Assembly: GCA_963727485.1 (NCBI GenBank)
Contig: CAVSGM010000003.1
Location: 256,001-320,000 of the forward strand
Source of the DNA: an uncultured delta proteobacterium
GTDB lineage: Bacteria; Myxococcota; Myxococcia; SLRQ01
Direction of reading: 5' to 3'
Length of the DNA stretch: 64,000 nt
The translations under genes were made by a program, and so were the position numbers. Every line of letters starts with the position of its first letter. Positions within the stretch are counted from its first letter, which is position 1. Below the pieces are notes generated by a model, which saw only the letters and a list, made by a program, of their open reading frames with translations, was not told where the DNA came from and made no database searches. Of the stretch, positions 33,349-45,568 are shown piece after piece.

Positions 33349-34082
33349 GCCACCCCAATCCCCAGACCCTCCTGGGCCGCTGGCTCGACGGCGACCTCGA
33401 CGAGGCCGGGGCCGAGGCCCTCGCCGACCACCTCAAGCAGAGCAGCGAGGCCCGCCGGGACCTCTCCCGCTACGAGGCCCTCGAGGCCCTCACCGCCGCC
33501 TTGCGCCCGGCCCCGGCGCCCGAAGGCGACCTGGTGGCCAGGGTCATGGCCCGGATCGCCACCCGGCGCCCCCCGCGCAGGCCCCTGGGGCAGCGCCTCG
33601 TGGCCCGCCTCACCGCCTCGCCCCTGCGCCTGGGCCTCGCCGGGGCCTCGGCGGTGGCCCTGGGCCTCGTCGTGGGCCTGGTCGTCGGCCGGGGCACCGC
33701 GCCGGCAACGGACGCCGTCGACGCCCGCCGGCCCTTGGTCCCCGTCGCCCCGACCGGCGCCCCGGGCGCCGCCGCCCTGCGCCACGTGGACCTCGCCGTC
33801 CCTGGCCCGGCGGTGGACGCCGTCCGCGGGGGCCGCGCCTGGGTGACCTTCGTCTTCCACGATCCCGGCGCCCGGTCGGTGGCCGTGGCCGGGAGCTTCA
33901 ACGACTGGGCCCGCACCCCGATGACCCGCAGCGACGGGGCCTGGCACTTGACCGTCCCCATGAAGCAGGGCAGGCAGGAGTACCTCTTCGTGGTGGACGG
34001 TCATCGATGGGTGGTGGATCCCGCGGCACCGGCGGTCGCCGACGACGGCTTCGGCGGACACAACGCCGTGCTCCAGCTCTAG
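33345..34082 (+). CDS. anti-sigma factor with TM helix and C-terminal CBM48/glycogen-binding (AMPK beta-like) domain
   Basis: WLDGDL anti-sigma start, one TM helix, [10 protein letters not shown]...YLFVVDG.RWVVDP...[10 protein letters not shown]. Confidence 0.82.
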   Translation: MSHPNPQTLLGRWLDGDLDEAGAEALADHLKQSSEARRDLSRYEALEALTAALRPAPAPEGDLVARVMARIATRRPPRRPLGQRLVARLTASPLRLGLAGASAVALGLVVGLVVGRGTAPATDAVDARRPLVPVAPTGAPGAAALRHVDLAVPGPAVDAVRGGRAWVTFVFHDPGARSVAVAGSFNDWARTPMTRSDGAWHLTVPMKQGRQEYLFVVDGHRWVVDPAAPAVADDGFGGHNAVLQL

Positions 34083-34135
34083 GGGCGCGGGCCGTCCCCG
34101 GTTCGCCCACTCTCCCCAGGCGCCGGGCGGCCCCG

Positions 34136-35053
34136 GTGGCGTTGGCGCTGGTGGCCCTCCTGGCCCCGGCGACCGCCCGGGCCGGGGGCGCGGTGCACCT
34201 CTCGCTCACCCTGGTCGCCGGCGGCGCCTCCAACGCCTGGCTCGAGCCCGGGCCCCAGACCCCCGAGGCCATCGGGCTCCTCGCCCCGTCCCTCTCGGTG
34301 GCCTGGCGGGGCCGGAGGGTGGGCCTCGACGCCGGCTACGACCTCCTCGGCACCCGGTACCTGGTCGGCGAGGTCACCGGCCTCGACCACCAGGCCCACC
34401 TCGCAGCCTCGCTGTGGCCCGGGGGCGGCTGGCGGCTCCGGGCGCGCCTCGCCGGCGCCCTGACCACCTACGACGCCACCGGCCCCACCGGGACCCCCGG
34501 CACCCTCCCGGTCCTCGCCAGCGCCAGCCGGGCGGCGACCGTGGGCCTCTCGGCGAGGTGGCGCGCCGGATCCTGGGGGGTGGCGGCCCGGTGGGTCGGG
34601 AGCCTGCGCCGCAGTGACCTCACCCTCGCGGGCAGCGCCACCCCGGTCCCGGTGGACGAGGCCGACCACGTCGCCGGGCTCTCGCTGTCGTGGCGGCCGG
34701 GCCCCCGGGCCGGGCTCCGGGTGGGCCCGCTGGTCGACCTGCGCCTCACCGACGCCACCGACCTCGCCTACACCGGCGCCGGCGTCGGCGCGGCGGCGTG
34801 GCTCCGGGCCTGGCGCGGCGGGCGCGTCACCGTCGCCCTCCGGGCCCAGGCCAACGTGTTCTCCGGCACCTACGCCCGCACCGACCTCTTCGCCCGGCTC
34901 CGCCTGGGGGTGAGCCAGACCCTCGGGGACCACCTGATCCTCCGGGTCAGCTACGCCTACAGCGCCAACGGCTCCGAGCTCGCCGCCTACGACGCCGACC
35001 GGCACCTGGTCCTGGTCTCCCTCGAGGCCGGGGCCGACCTCCTGTCGTTCTGA
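34136..35053 (+). CDS. putative outer-membrane beta-barrel protein
   Basis: Signal peptide (ATARA), amphipathic strands, terminal Phe; start approximate. Confidence 0.6.
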   Translation: MALALVALLAPATARAGGAVHLSLTLVAGGASNAWLEPGPQTPEAIGLLAPSLSVAWRGRRVGLDAGYDLLGTRYLVGEVTGLDHQAHLAASLWPGGGWRLRARLAGALTTYDATGPTGTPGTLPVLASASRAATVGLSARWRAGSWGVAARWVGSLRRSDLTLAGSATPVPVDEADHVAGLSLSWRPGPRAGLRVGPLVDLRLTDATDLAYTGAGVGAAAWLRAWRGGRVTVALRAQANVFSGTYARTDLFARLRLGVSQTLGDHLILRVSYAYSANGSELAAYDADRHLVLVSLEAGADLLSF

Positions 35054-35086
35054 TCGCCGGGCGGTTCCGGGGTATCCTCGGACCCG

Positions 35087-35833
35087 GTGAGCCTCGCCTG
35101 CGCCGTCCTCCTCCTCGCGCTCCTCGCGCCTGCCCGGGCCCGCGCCTCGGGCCCGGCCCACCCGACCGCGCCGGCCGCGGCGCCCGCCCCGAAGCCGGCC
35201 CCCAAGCCGGCCCCCAAGCCGGCCCCGAAGCCGGCCGCGGCGCCCGCCCCGAAGCCGGCCCCGAAGCCCGCGACCCTCCTGCTCCGGCACCTCCCCGCCG
35301 GCAGCCGGGTGACCCTCGACGGGGTGCCCGTGGGCAATCCCACCGGGCCCATCGCCGTGGACCCGGGGGCCTACGTCCTCGACATCTACCCCCCGGCGGC
35401 GCCCACCCTCGAGACCTTCGTGGATCTCGCCCCCGGGGCCCGGCGCACGGTCACCTACCGCGCCGGCCCGCCCCCGGACCCGCTGCCCCGACCGGCGCCG
35501 GTGGTGGGGCGGGCCCTGGTGGGCGCCGGGGTGGTCGCCGCCCTCGCCTCGGCCACCTGGTGGCTCCTCGCCGACGACAGCGCCGGCGCCGAGATCCGGG
35601 TCGAGGGCCAGGCGGGCCTCGACCCGGCCACCCGGGCGACCATCCTCGGGGAGCTCCGGGCGCGGGAGGGCCTCCGCCGGGAGGTCTCCGTGGCCACCGG
35701 GGTCACCGCCGGCCTGCTCCTGGTCGGGGGCGCCGTGGTCTGGCGCCTCCTCGACGCCGGCGGCCCCGTGACCCCGGTGGTGGCCCCGGTCTCCGGCGGC
35801 GCCGTGGGGGGCTTCACCCTTCGCCTCCCCTGA
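35087..35833 (+). CDS. secreted PEGA-like domain protein with PAPK linker
   Basis: Signal peptide, (PAPK)n, P.GSRVTLDG.PVG..P..I.VDPGAY, hydrophobic C-terminal segments. Confidence 0.65.
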   Translation: MSLACAVLLLALLAPARARASGPAHPTAPAAAPAPKPAPKPAPKPAPKPAAAPAPKPAPKPATLLLRHLPAGSRVTLDGVPVGNPTGPIAVDPGAYVLDIYPPAAPTLETFVDLAPGARRTVTYRAGPPPDPLPRPAPVVGRALVGAGVVAALASATWWLLADDSAGAEIRVEGQAGLDPATRATILGELRAREGLRREVSVATGVTAGLLLVGGAVVWRLLDAGGPVTPVVAPVSGGAVGGFTLRLP

Positions 35834-35863
35834 TCGGATCCCCTCCGCCTCGGCCCCGTCGAG

Positions 35864-35889
35864 GTAACCGCACGAGACCCTGCTCGTCC
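35864..35889 (+). promoter_or_regulatory. ECF-type promoter
   Basis: GTAACC-N13-CTCGTCC, 11 nt before ATG 35901. Confidence 0.55.
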
Positions 35890-35900
35890 CAAGCAACACC

Positions 35901-36752
35901 ATGGCCGCACGCCTCCTCGCCGTCGTCCTCGCCTGCCTCGTCGCCCTCCCCACGGCGGCCGAGGTCCCCGAGGCGACCGCGCGGCGCCTCACCGACCGGG
36001 CCGCCGCCGCGGGCCTCGACCCGGCCACCCGGGACGCCGCCCTGGCCCTGGTCCGGGGCGCGGACGCCCGGGGCCTGCCCGTGGGGCCGGTGGCCGACAA
36101 GCTCTACGAGGGGGCCCTCAAGCACGTCCCCGGCCCGCGGATCCTCGCGGCGATGCGCACGGTGGTGAACCGCCTCGAGGCGGCCCGCAGGCTCCTCGAC
36201 CAGGCCACGCGCCTCGGCGCCACCGGGCGCCCGGCCGCCGCCGACCTCGAGCGGGTCGCCGGCGCCCTCGGCGACGGGGTGGCCCCGGGGCAGCTCGTCG
36301 AGCTCACCGCCGCCGCCGGCGCCGCCCACCGGCCCGTCTCCCGGGTCGCCGCCGCGGCCCGCACCCTCGACCGGCTCCGGGCCATGGGCGTGTACCTCCC
36401 AGAGGCGGCCACCGCCCTCGCCGCCGCGGTCCGGGCCGGGTGGGGCGCCTCGGACCTCGCGGCCGTCGCCGACGCCTGGCGCCGCCACGCCGCGGCGGGC
36501 GAGGCGCCCAAGGCCTTCTTCCGGCACCTCGGCCGCCGGGCCGCCCACGGCCCGCCCCCGGATCCCGCCGCCCGCGGCCGCCTCCCCGACGAGCGCGGAG
36601 GCGGTGGCAGCCGGGCACCCGGGGGCGAGGGCATGGGCAGGTCCCACGGCCACGGCAACCCCTACAGCGGGGACCGGCCGAACGCGGGCAACGGGTTCGG
36701 CGCCGGCCACGGCCACGGACCGCCCGGGGGATCGTCCCCGGGCAAGCCCTGA
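35901..36752 (+). CDS. secreted helical hypothetical protein with Gly/His-rich tail
   Basis: Signal peptide; GLPVGPVADKLYEGALKHV motif; coding-like codon usage. Confidence 0.65.
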   Translation: MAARLLAVVLACLVALPTAAEVPEATARRLTDRAAAAGLDPATRDAALALVRGADARGLPVGPVADKLYEGALKHVPGPRILAAMRTVVNRLEAARRLLDQATRLGATGRPAAADLERVAGALGDGVAPGQLVELTAAAGAAHRPVSRVAAAARTLDRLRAMGVYLPEAATALAAAVRAGWGASDLAAVADAWRRHAAAGEAPKAFFRHLGRRAAHGPPPDPAARGRLPDERGGGGSRAPGGEGMGRSHGHGNPYSGDRPNAGNGFGAGHGHGPPGGSSPGKP

Positions 36753-36817
36753 TCCAGGGCGCCCGCGACCGACGTCGAGCTCGACCGCGTCCGAGGCGCC
36801 TGCCTAGCCTCCAGGGG

Positions 36818-38173
36818 ATGCGACTGCGCTTCCTCGGAGCCACGGGCACGGTCACCGGCTCCCGGTTCCTGGTCACCACCGGCGGCCACCGGCTCCTCGT
36901 CGACTGCGGGCTCTTCCAGGGCTACAAGCGCCTGCGCCTGCGCAACCGGGCGCCGTTCCCGGTCGCCCCGGCGCGCCTCGAGGCCGTGGTCCTCACCCAC
37001 GCCCACCTCGACCACTCCGGCTACCTCCCGGCGCTGGTCAAGGCTGGCTTCGCCGGGCCGATATACTGCACCGATGCCACCCGGGACCTGTGCGAGATCC
37101 TCCTCCGGGACGCCGGCCGGCTCCAGGAGGAGGAGGCGGACTACGCCAACCGCAAGGGCTTCAGCCGCCACCATCCCGCCCTGCCCCTCTACACCGAGGC
37201 CGACGCGGTGGCCGCCTTGAAGCGCCTGGTCCCCCTCCCCTTCGACGACCGGGCCGAGGTGCTCCCCGGGGTCGGAGCCCGCCTGCGCCACGCCGGCCAC
37301 ATCCTCGGCGCCGCCACCGTCACCCTCGAGGCCGAGGGCCGGACCCTGGCCTTCACCGGGGATCTCGGACGGCCGGACGATCCGCTGCTCCTGCCCCCCG
37401 AGCCCATCCCCCAGGCCGACGTCCTGGTCTGCGAGTCCACCTACGGCGACCGCCACCACGCCCCGGGGGACCCCGGGGAGGTCATCGGCGAGGTGATCCG
37501 CCGGACCTTCGCCCGGGGGGGCACCGTGGTGATCCCCGCTTTCGCCGTGGGCCGAACCCAGGGAATACTCTACTACCTCCACCGGCTCCAGGAGGCCCGG
37601 GCCATCCCCGACCTCCCGATCTTCCTCGACTCGCCCATGGCCACCGACGTCACCGAGCTCTTCGCCCGCTACGGGGCCCGCCACCGGCTCTCCGCCGCCG
37701 AGGTCGCGGCGGTGTGCCGCACCGCCGAGGTGGTCAACGGCGTCGAGTCCTCCAAGGCCGTCGACCGGGACAGGCGGCCCAAGGTCATCCTCTCGGCCAG
37801 CGGCATGGCCACCGGCGGCCGGGTGGTCCACCACCTCAAGGCCTTCGCGCCCGATCCCAGGAGCACCCTGCTCTTCGTGGGCTACCAGGCCGGGGGCACC
37901 CGGGGCGCCGACATCGTCCACGGGGCCCGGTCGGTGCGCATCCACGGCGCGGACGTCCCCATCGCCGCCGAGGTGGTGCAGCTCCACGAGATGAGCGCCC
38001 ACGCCGACGCCGACGAGATCCTCGGCTGGATGAAGGGCTTCGAGACGCCCCCCGAGACCACCTGGCTGGTCCACGGCGAGCCCGAGGCCAGCGAGGGGCT
38101 GCGCCGCCGCATCGTCCGGGAGCTCGGGTGGCACGTCGCCGTCCCCGAGCAGCTGCAGCGGGTGTCGGTGTGA
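36818..38173 (+). CDS. MBL/beta-CASP RNA-processing hydrolase
   Basis: FLGATGTVTGS, THAHLDH, AGHILG, ESTYG, SGMATGGR, SAHAD, VHGE. Confidence 0.92.
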   Translation: MRLRFLGATGTVTGSRFLVTTGGHRLLVDCGLFQGYKRLRLRNRAPFPVAPARLEAVVLTHAHLDHSGYLPALVKAGFAGPIYCTDATRDLCEILLRDAGRLQEEEADYANRKGFSRHHPALPLYTEADAVAALKRLVPLPFDDRAEVLPGVGARLRHAGHILGAATVTLEAEGRTLAFTGDLGRPDDPLLLPPEPIPQADVLVCESTYGDRHHAPGDPGEVIGEVIRRTFARGGTVVIPAFAVGRTQGILYYLHRLQEARAIPDLPIFLDSPMATDVTELFARYGARHRLSAAEVAAVCRTAEVVNGVESSKAVDRDRRPKVILSASGMATGGRVVHHLKAFAPDPRSTLLFVGYQAGGTRGADIVHGARSVRIHGADVPIAAEVVQLHEMSAHADADEILGWMKGFETPPETTWLVHGEPEASEGLRRRIVRELGWHVAVPEQLQRVSV

Positions 38174-40100
38174 CGCCGCCCGGGACCCCCCAGGTGGTCC
38201 GGGCCGAGCTCGGCCTCATCGACGCCGCGCCCACGGCGATGCTCATCGTCGACGAGGACGGCATCATCCTCCGCGCCAACCCGCCGGTGGAGACCCTCCT
38301 CGGCTACGCCCGGTCCGAGCTCGAGGGGGTGTCGGTGGAGCGTCCTCCTCCCCGCGGCGATCCGGGGGGCCCATGTGGCCATGCGCCGGTCCTTCCACGC
38401 CGATCCGTCGATGCGGCCGGCGGGCCGGGGTCGGGACCTGGTGGCCAGCCACCGGGACGGCCACCCGGTCCCGGTGGGGGTCTACCTGGCGCCGGTCGTG
38501 GTCGACCGGATCCGGTGCGTCGGGCGTCACCATCATCGACCTCACCGAGAGCAAGGCGGCCGGGCGCGCCCTCGCCGAGAGCGAGGCCCGCTACCGCCTC
38601 CTCGCCGAGCACGCCACCGACGTCATCACCCGCCACGACGCCGACGGCAACTGCATCTACGCCTCCCCGGCGGTGGAGCGCCTCCTCGGCCTCGACCCCC
38701 AGACGCTGGTCGGGCGCCCGGTCATCCAGATGGTCCACCCGGACGACCGGGACGGGGTCAAGGCGGCCTCGGACGCCCTCCGCGAGACCGGGGGGCGGGC
38801 CACCCTGGAGCTCCGGTTCGCCCGGGCCGACGGCAGCTGGTTGTGGGTCGAGGCCACCAGCCAGGCGGTCTGCGGCGCCGACGGCTCTCAGGAGATCGTC
38901 TCCATCTCCCGGGACATCACCCAGCGCCGGGAGCTCACGGCGAAGATGATGGGGATGGACCGGATGATCGCCGTGGGCACCCTCGCCGCCGGCGTGGGCC
39001 ACGAGATCAACAACCCCCTGGCCTTCGTCACCGCCAACGTCGACTTCGCCCTCGAGCACCTGGGGCAGCTCGCCGCCAAGCTCCCCCACCCGGAGCTCGC
39101 CGAGATTCGCGAGGCCCTGGCCGACGCCAAGGACGGGGCCTGGCGCATCCGGTCCATCGTCCGGGACCTCAAGCGCTTCGCCGGCCAGGAGGACCGGAGC
39201 CTGGGGTCGGTGGACCTCCACGCGGCCCTGGACGCGGCCATCGCCATGGCCACCAACGAGATCCGCCACCGGGCGCAGCTCGAGCGACGCCTGGGGACGC
39301 CGCCAAAGGTGACGGGCAACGACGGCCAGCTCTCCCAGGTCTTCCTCAACCTGTTGGTCAACGCCGCCCAGGCCATCCCCCTCGGCGCCGCCGAGGCCCA
39401 CCGCATCCGGGTCACCACCCGGGCGGTGGACGGAGCGGCGGTGGTGGAGATCGCCGACGACGGCGCCGGGATCCCCGCCGACCGCCTGGACCGGATCTTC
39501 GATCCCTTCTTCACCACCAAGCCCGTCGATCAGGGCACGGGCCTGGGCCTGGCCATCTGCCGGCGGATCGTCCAGGACCATGGGGGTGACATCGCCGTGG
39601 AGAGCACCGAGGGGGTGGGGACCACCTTCCGTATCACCCTCCCCGGGGCCACCGCCCCGGTGGCGCACGGGCCCGCCGAAGCCGCCGAGGCCGAGGCCCC
39701 CGCCCCCAGCCGGCGGGGGCGGATCCTGGTCATCGACGACGAGCCGGCGGTGTGCCGGGCGGTGGCCCGGATCCTGGGCCGGGACCACGCGGTCGAGGTC
39801 TTCAGCGACGGCCGGGCGGGCCTCGCTCGGCTCCTCGACGACCGGGGCTTCGACCTGGTGCTCTGCGACCTGATGATGCCCGAGCTCACGGGCATGGAGC
39901 TCCACGCCGAGGTGAAAGAGCTGGCCCCGGCGCTCCTCCACCGCCTGGTCTTCGTCACCGGGGGCGCCTTCACCCCCGAGGCCGAGCGCTTCGTCACCGA
40001 GGTGGCCGGGGAGACTCTGGCCAAGCCCTTCGGCGTGAAGGCCCTGCGCGCCTTCGTGGCCGGGCGCCTCGACGACCGCACGCCTGCGACGGCCCCCTAG
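38170..40100 (+). CDS. PAS-PAS hybrid histidine kinase (frameshifts near 38345 and 38522)
   Basis: First PAS domain split over frames; GHEINNPL, NAAQA, FFTTK, receiver domain. Confidence 0.85.
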
Positions 40101-40732
40101 AAGAGGACCCGGTAGCCCGCCACCACGTTGAGGGCGCCCACCGAGGTCTTGCGCAGGACGTACTGGTCCACCGAGGCGTAGCCGAACTGCAGCTCCAGGG
40201 TCAGCGCCCCGGGCCCCAGCGCCCACTCGGTGCCCGCCGCCGCGTAGAAGCCCACCTGGGTGGAGGTCTCGGCGTTCTTGCCGAAGTCCTGGCCCCCGCC
40301 GCTGGCGGTGATGTCGGTGCGCATCAGGTAGAGCCGGGGCCCCAGCGCCACGTAGGGCCGCCAGGCGCTCCCGGTGTCGAAGCGGTACTGCGCCGAGAGG
40401 GTGAGGATGAGCTGGTTCTGGGTGAGGGTGTAGCTCATGGTCCCGCTCCCCGGCAGCCGCGGGTCCTTGGGGGCGGTCCCGGTGGTCGTCGGCGCCGCGT
40501 ACTGGCCGGCGAGGGCCACCACGAAGCTGTGGGACGCCCCGAAGCCGTAGCCCAGCTCGAGCTCGGGGACGAAGGCGGTGCCGAAGGGGCTCGCCACCTG
40601 GCCGAAGCCGGCCCCCACCTTGAACCCGAGGAGCACCGGCCCGCCGTCGGGGGAGGCGGCGAGGGCCGGGGCCGCCGGGGCGGCGAGGAGGACGGCGACC
40701 AGGGCGGTCCGCAGACTCTTGATGAAGCGCAT
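40097..40732 (-). CDS. small outer-membrane beta-barrel protein
   Basis: Signal peptide, RPYVALG, C-terminal VAGYRVLF. Confidence 0.72.
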   Translation of the reverse strand: MRFIKSLRTALVAVLLAAPAAPALAASPDGGPVLLGFKVGAGFGQVASPFGTAFVPELELGYGFGASHSFVVALAGQYAAPTTTGTAPKDPRLPGSGTMSYTLTQNQLILTLSAQYRFDTGSAWRPYVALGPRLYLMRTDITASGGGQDFGKNAETSTQVGFYAAAGTEWALGPGALTLELQFGYASVDQYVLRKTSVGALNVVAGYRVLF

Positions 40733-40742
40733 GGCGTCCTCC

Positions 40743-43700
40743 CTACTTCGCCGTGGTGACCACGGAGTTGGTGACGGTGGTGCCGGTGTTGCCGCCGGCG
40801 ATGAACAGGAAGGCGCTCTCCTCCGCGGCGCCCATGTAGGCCCGGGGGGTGGGGATGGCGCCGCCGCCCAGGGCGTTCCAGTTTCGGGTCTCCGGTGGCC
40901 CGCCGCTGCACCCGCCACCGGCGCCCGAGCAGATCGCCGTCGAGTTGCTGGTGGTCGAGGGGGCCCCCCCGGCGCCGCCCCCGAAGAGGTAGAGGTAGCC
41001 GTTGCCCTGGAGGAAGCCGGCGCCGGTCTGGATCTGGGCGTTGGACTGGGCGGTGAACGCAGCCAGGTCGCCGGTGGTGCCGGGGATCGCCGACTCCACC
41101 GCGCGGGTGTCGCCGGTGGCCGTGGCCCCGGGGCCCACCCAGAGGTCGGTGGTGCCCGAGGCGATGGCGCTCATGTCCGCGTGGGTGGCGGTCGCCGCCT
41201 CGATGTCACCCCGGGCCGTGTTCAGGGACCCGGTGGTGGCGCCGTCGGCGGTGAGGGTCTGGGCCTCCCGGCCCTTGGCCACCGCCGGCGGGGTGATGGC
41301 CACCGTGAAGTACTCGGCGGTCGCCAGCGGCGCCCCGGAGAGGTCCATGCCGCCGATGGCGTAGAGGTACCAGGTGCCCGACTGGGTGGCGCTTTGGGCC
41401 GCGGCCACGGCGAGGCCGGCACGCGCCGTCCCCAGGCTCACGCCCGTGTCGTGCCACACCCCGAGCGAGCCCGGAGGCAGCGGCGTCTGGGTGGGGTCGG
41501 TGGCGGCCCCGGTGTCGGTGAAGGTGGTGCTGCTGGCGCCGGTGGTGGTGCCCAGGAGCTGCGACGTCTGCTGGGGTCATGTCCGCGTTCGGGGTGCGGT
41601 AGATGCGGTAGCCGGTGGCGCCGGGGATCTGGTCCCAGGTGAGGGTGATCTGGATCCCGCCCGCGGCCGGGAGCTGCACCACCTGCACCTCGCCGGGGAG
41701 CGACTCGCCGCCGGGGTTCGAGGGGTCGCTGGCCGGGAACACCGCGGAGATCCGGTAGTACCAGAAGCCCGCGCCGATGCCCCCGGTGTCGCCCTGGGAC
41801 AGGGAGAGGTCGGTGACCGTGGGGGTGGCGAGGGGATCGAGGATCTGGGCCCGGTACACGGTGCTGGTCGGGGCCCCGGTGTCGTCGTCGCCGCCGAGGA
41901 GGTAGACGAAGTTGCCCACCTTCACGCCGCCGGCCATGGTGCGCGGCGCCGGGAGGGCGTGGCGCTGGGTCTGCCAGGTGCCCAGGTGGCCGTAGACGTC
42001 GACGCTGGCCGACTCCACGGTGGTCTTGGTGGTCTGAACCGGTGCCACCGCGTTCGGATCGTCGCCGCCGATGGCGTAGAGGTAGCGGCTGGTGTAGGTC
42101 GGCCTGCCGGCGAGGAGCGCCAGGCCCTCGCGAGGCTCGACCATGGCGCTGCCGGCGCTCCAGGCGTGGAGGTTGCCCGACGGCAGCTTCACCGAGATCG
42201 CCGAGTAGTCGAAGTAGGCGCCGTCGCCGTTGGTGACCCGGACCACGCACACGCTCCCCTCGGGGGCGGCGTTGCCGGTGGGGCTCACCCACTTCGTGGC
42301 GTCGAAGGTGGCGTCGAGGGTGTCCGGGGTGGCGGTGATCACCATGGCCGGGCCCTGGTACATCGTGCCCGTGGGGTCGGTGCAGCTCACGCTGAGGGTG
42401 AGGGCGCCGGAGGTGTCGAAGTTGGCGCCGGTGAGGGTGACGGGGACTGCGCTGTTGGCGGGCACCGAGCCCGGGGCGATGGAGGTGATCAGCGGCGGGT
42501 CGTTGGCGGTCACGTGGACCGCGTTCTGGAGCACGCCGCTGGAGCCGTCGGGGTTGGTGACGATGAGGTCGTAGTCCCCGGCGGGCAGCCCCTTGGGGAC
42601 CACCGCGGTGAGGGTGCCCGCGTCCACCCAGACCACGGCGTGGAGCTCGGAGGCCACGGTGGTGGAGCCGGCGTTCACCGGGTTCAGGTAGGCCCGAGGG
42701 GTCTCCTGGAAGTCGACCTGGCCGCTCGGCGCCGGCACGGTGGCGGTGATGGTCACCGCCGTGTCCAGGTTGGTGGAGACGTAGGCCGGGGAGATGGCCT
42801 CGAGGGCCAGGGTCAGGGTGCCGGTGACGTGGAGGCCCTTGGCGAGCGAGCCCACGCAGCCGGTCTGGCTGGTGACCCGGACGTCGTAGTCGCCGGCGGC
42901 GAGGCCGGCGGGGATGGTCACCAGGGTGCGGTTGGGCTGGCCGGGGACCGGGCTGCCGGTGAGGGTGGTGGCGGTGCCGGAGCTGTCGACCAGCTCGACC
43001 TTGGAGGCGGCGGCGGTGAGCCCGGTGGTGTAGACCGTCGCCTGGACGGCGATGCCGTTGTAGACCTGCGGCGGGTCGACGAAGAACACCGTCGGCTCGG
43101 GGTCGATGGTGACGGTCGGGTAGGGCTTGGCCTCACAGCTCGGGCCGTTGGTGACCTGGAGCGAGTAGGTGCCCGGCAGGATGCCGGTGGGGAAGGCCGC
43201 CTGGAGCTCGGTGGCGCTCACCAGGGTGAGCCCGCTCGAGGGGGTGGCGTTCCCGTTCTTGTCGAGGAGGTTGACCCGGGTGCCGCCGGTGAAGCCGGTG
43301 CCGGTGAGGTCCAGGGTGCTCCCGAGGTCGGTGCAGAACTCCGCCGGCGTCACGTTGGTGACGGTGGGCACGGGGTTGACGAAGAACACCCCGGTGGCCG
43401 CCTGGCTGCAGGCGGCGCCGCCGGCGTCGGTGACGGTCACGGTCACGTCGCCCTGGACCAGGGTCCCCGAGGGGAGGTTGACGGCGAGGTCGGTGCAGCT
43501 CTGCATCCCCGCGGGGAAGGAGAGCGCGGTGCAGTTCGAGGGGGTCACCGTGGCCGGGGTGTAGGTGGTCCCGGCGCTGTCGGTGAGGCTCACCGCCGGC
43601 GGGGTGGTCCCGTCGTAGACGAAGCCGGTGCCCTGGATGTCGAGGCTGGTGTCCGGGGAGGCCACGCAGACCCCGGCGGGGGTCACGGCGGTGATGGTCA

Positions 43701-45513
43701 GCGCCGGCGCCTCGGCCAGGGCGGTCTGGCTGCCGCCGGAGCAGGCGAGCGGCGCCGGGTTGGTGACCTGGACGTCCCCGAGGCCCGGGGTCATCGCGCC
43801 CTTCGGCGCGGTGGCGGTGAGCTGGGTGCAGGTGTTGACCTGGGTGGCGCCGATGGTGCCCGCGGTGCAGTTCTGGGCGGTGACCGAGGTGGCGGCGGTG
43901 CCGTCGAAGGTCACCGTGGGCGCGCTGCCGCCGATCTCCAGGAAGCCGGTGCCGGTGAGGACCACGGTCTGGTCGCCGCCCGCGGTGCACACCAGCTGGG
44001 GCTGGGCGGAGGTGACGGCCGGCGGGTCGACCACCGGGATCTGGGCCGACCAGGTGTCGTCACAGCCGGCGGGGTCGGGGTTGGTCACGGAGACCGCGAC
44101 CTCGGGGCCGGTGACGTCCGCCGAGGAGAAGGTCACGGTGAGGGTGGTGCAGTCGTTGACCGTGTGGCCGGGGGCCGCGGGGGAGAGGGGGGTGCAGTTC
44201 GAGCTGACCACGCCGTTGGCCGGCACCGCGGTGCCTCCCACGGTGACGGCCGGCTCGGTGCCGTCGATGTTGAGGAAGTGGGTGCCGGTGAGGGTGAGGC
44301 TCGCCGGGCCGCCGGTGTTGCACACCACCGGGGGCTGGACGTCGGTGATGGTCGGCCCCGGGGCCAGGACCAGCTGGGCGCTGGCGGTGCCGTCGCAGCC
44401 CGCGGGGTCGGGGTTGGTGACCGTGAGGTCCGGGGCCACCGGGTCGGCATTCGTCTGCTGGGGGACGGTGACGGTGAGGGTGTTGCAGGTCTGGACGGTG
44501 CGGCCGGTGACCGCGAGGTCCGAGCAGTCGCCGGCGGCGGTCACGGTGACCGCCTGGCCGCCGAGGGTGGCGGTGGGGAGGGTGCCGTCGATGGTGAGGA
44601 AGCCCGAGCCGTTGACGGTGACCTGACGGTCGCCCTGGTCGGTGCACGCCAGGGAGGGGTCGATGGCGGTGATCGAAGGCGGCGGGACCACCATGAGGTT
44701 GACCGTCTCCTCGCTGTGGCAGGCGGCGGTCACCGGGTTGTCGAGGGTGAGGCTGTGGGCGCCCGGAGCCAGCGACCCCTGGGGCACGGTGAAGGTCGCC
44801 TGGGTGCAGGCCTTCGCGCTGATGGCCTTCTGGGCCACGTCGCTGCAGCTGCCGAGGGTCACCTGGTCGAAGGGGGTGGTGCCGTCGGTCAGGATCGGGG
44901 TCTTGCCGTCGATCTGGAGGAAGGTGGTGCCGCCCACGACCAGCTGCCGGTCGCCCTGGGCGTCACAGAGGATCCCCGGGGTGAGCGCGGTGACCGTGGG
45001 CTTGGGCGCCACCGCCAGCGCCCCCTGGCTGGTGGCGTCGTTGGAATCGGGGTTCGTCACCTGGACGTCGTAGATCCCCGGCTGCATCGCCCCGCCGGTG
45101 GTGCCCGAGCCCTTGAGGGCCTGGTCGATGGTGAAGGTCATCTGGCTCTGGCTCTGCCAGGTCAGGTGGCCCTCGTTCTGGCCCCCCGGCTCCCCGCTGA
45201 AGGTCACCTGGGCGCCGCCCTTGCCGGTGCCGTCGAGGCCGGTCTTGGGCACCAGGCTCAAGGTGGGCAGGGCGGTGCCCGGCTCGCCGGGGATGTTCAC
45301 CGGGACCGGGGAGAAGCCGCTGCCGGTGACCTTCACCTGGGTGGTGATCTGGTCGGCGCAGACGATGCCCGGGTCCACGGGGAGGGGCTTGCCGGCGGCG
45401 GGGCTCGCGACGCTGGGGGCGGGGCCGGTGAGCTTCTGCTGGCACCCGGCGGCGCAGAGGACCAACGTAGGGAGCAGGAGGACGGCCAGGCGGGGCCGGA
45501 ACGGGGTGGACAT
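40743..45513 (-). CDS. giant lipoprotein (~1590 aa): Cys-containing IPT/TIG repeats plus kelch-like propeller (+1 frameshift near 41563)
   Basis: Lipobox LCAAGC; repeated PxITxxx[33 protein letters not shown] motifs. Confidence 0.8.
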
Positions 45514-45568
45514 TTGTCCCTCCAGGGAGCGGGGGCCGGTCGGGGGGCCGGTGGGGCTTCGGGGAATC

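Noticed and set aside
35165..35270. 12-nt tandem repeats
   Set aside because: Ordinary coding Pro-Ala-Pro-Lys linker
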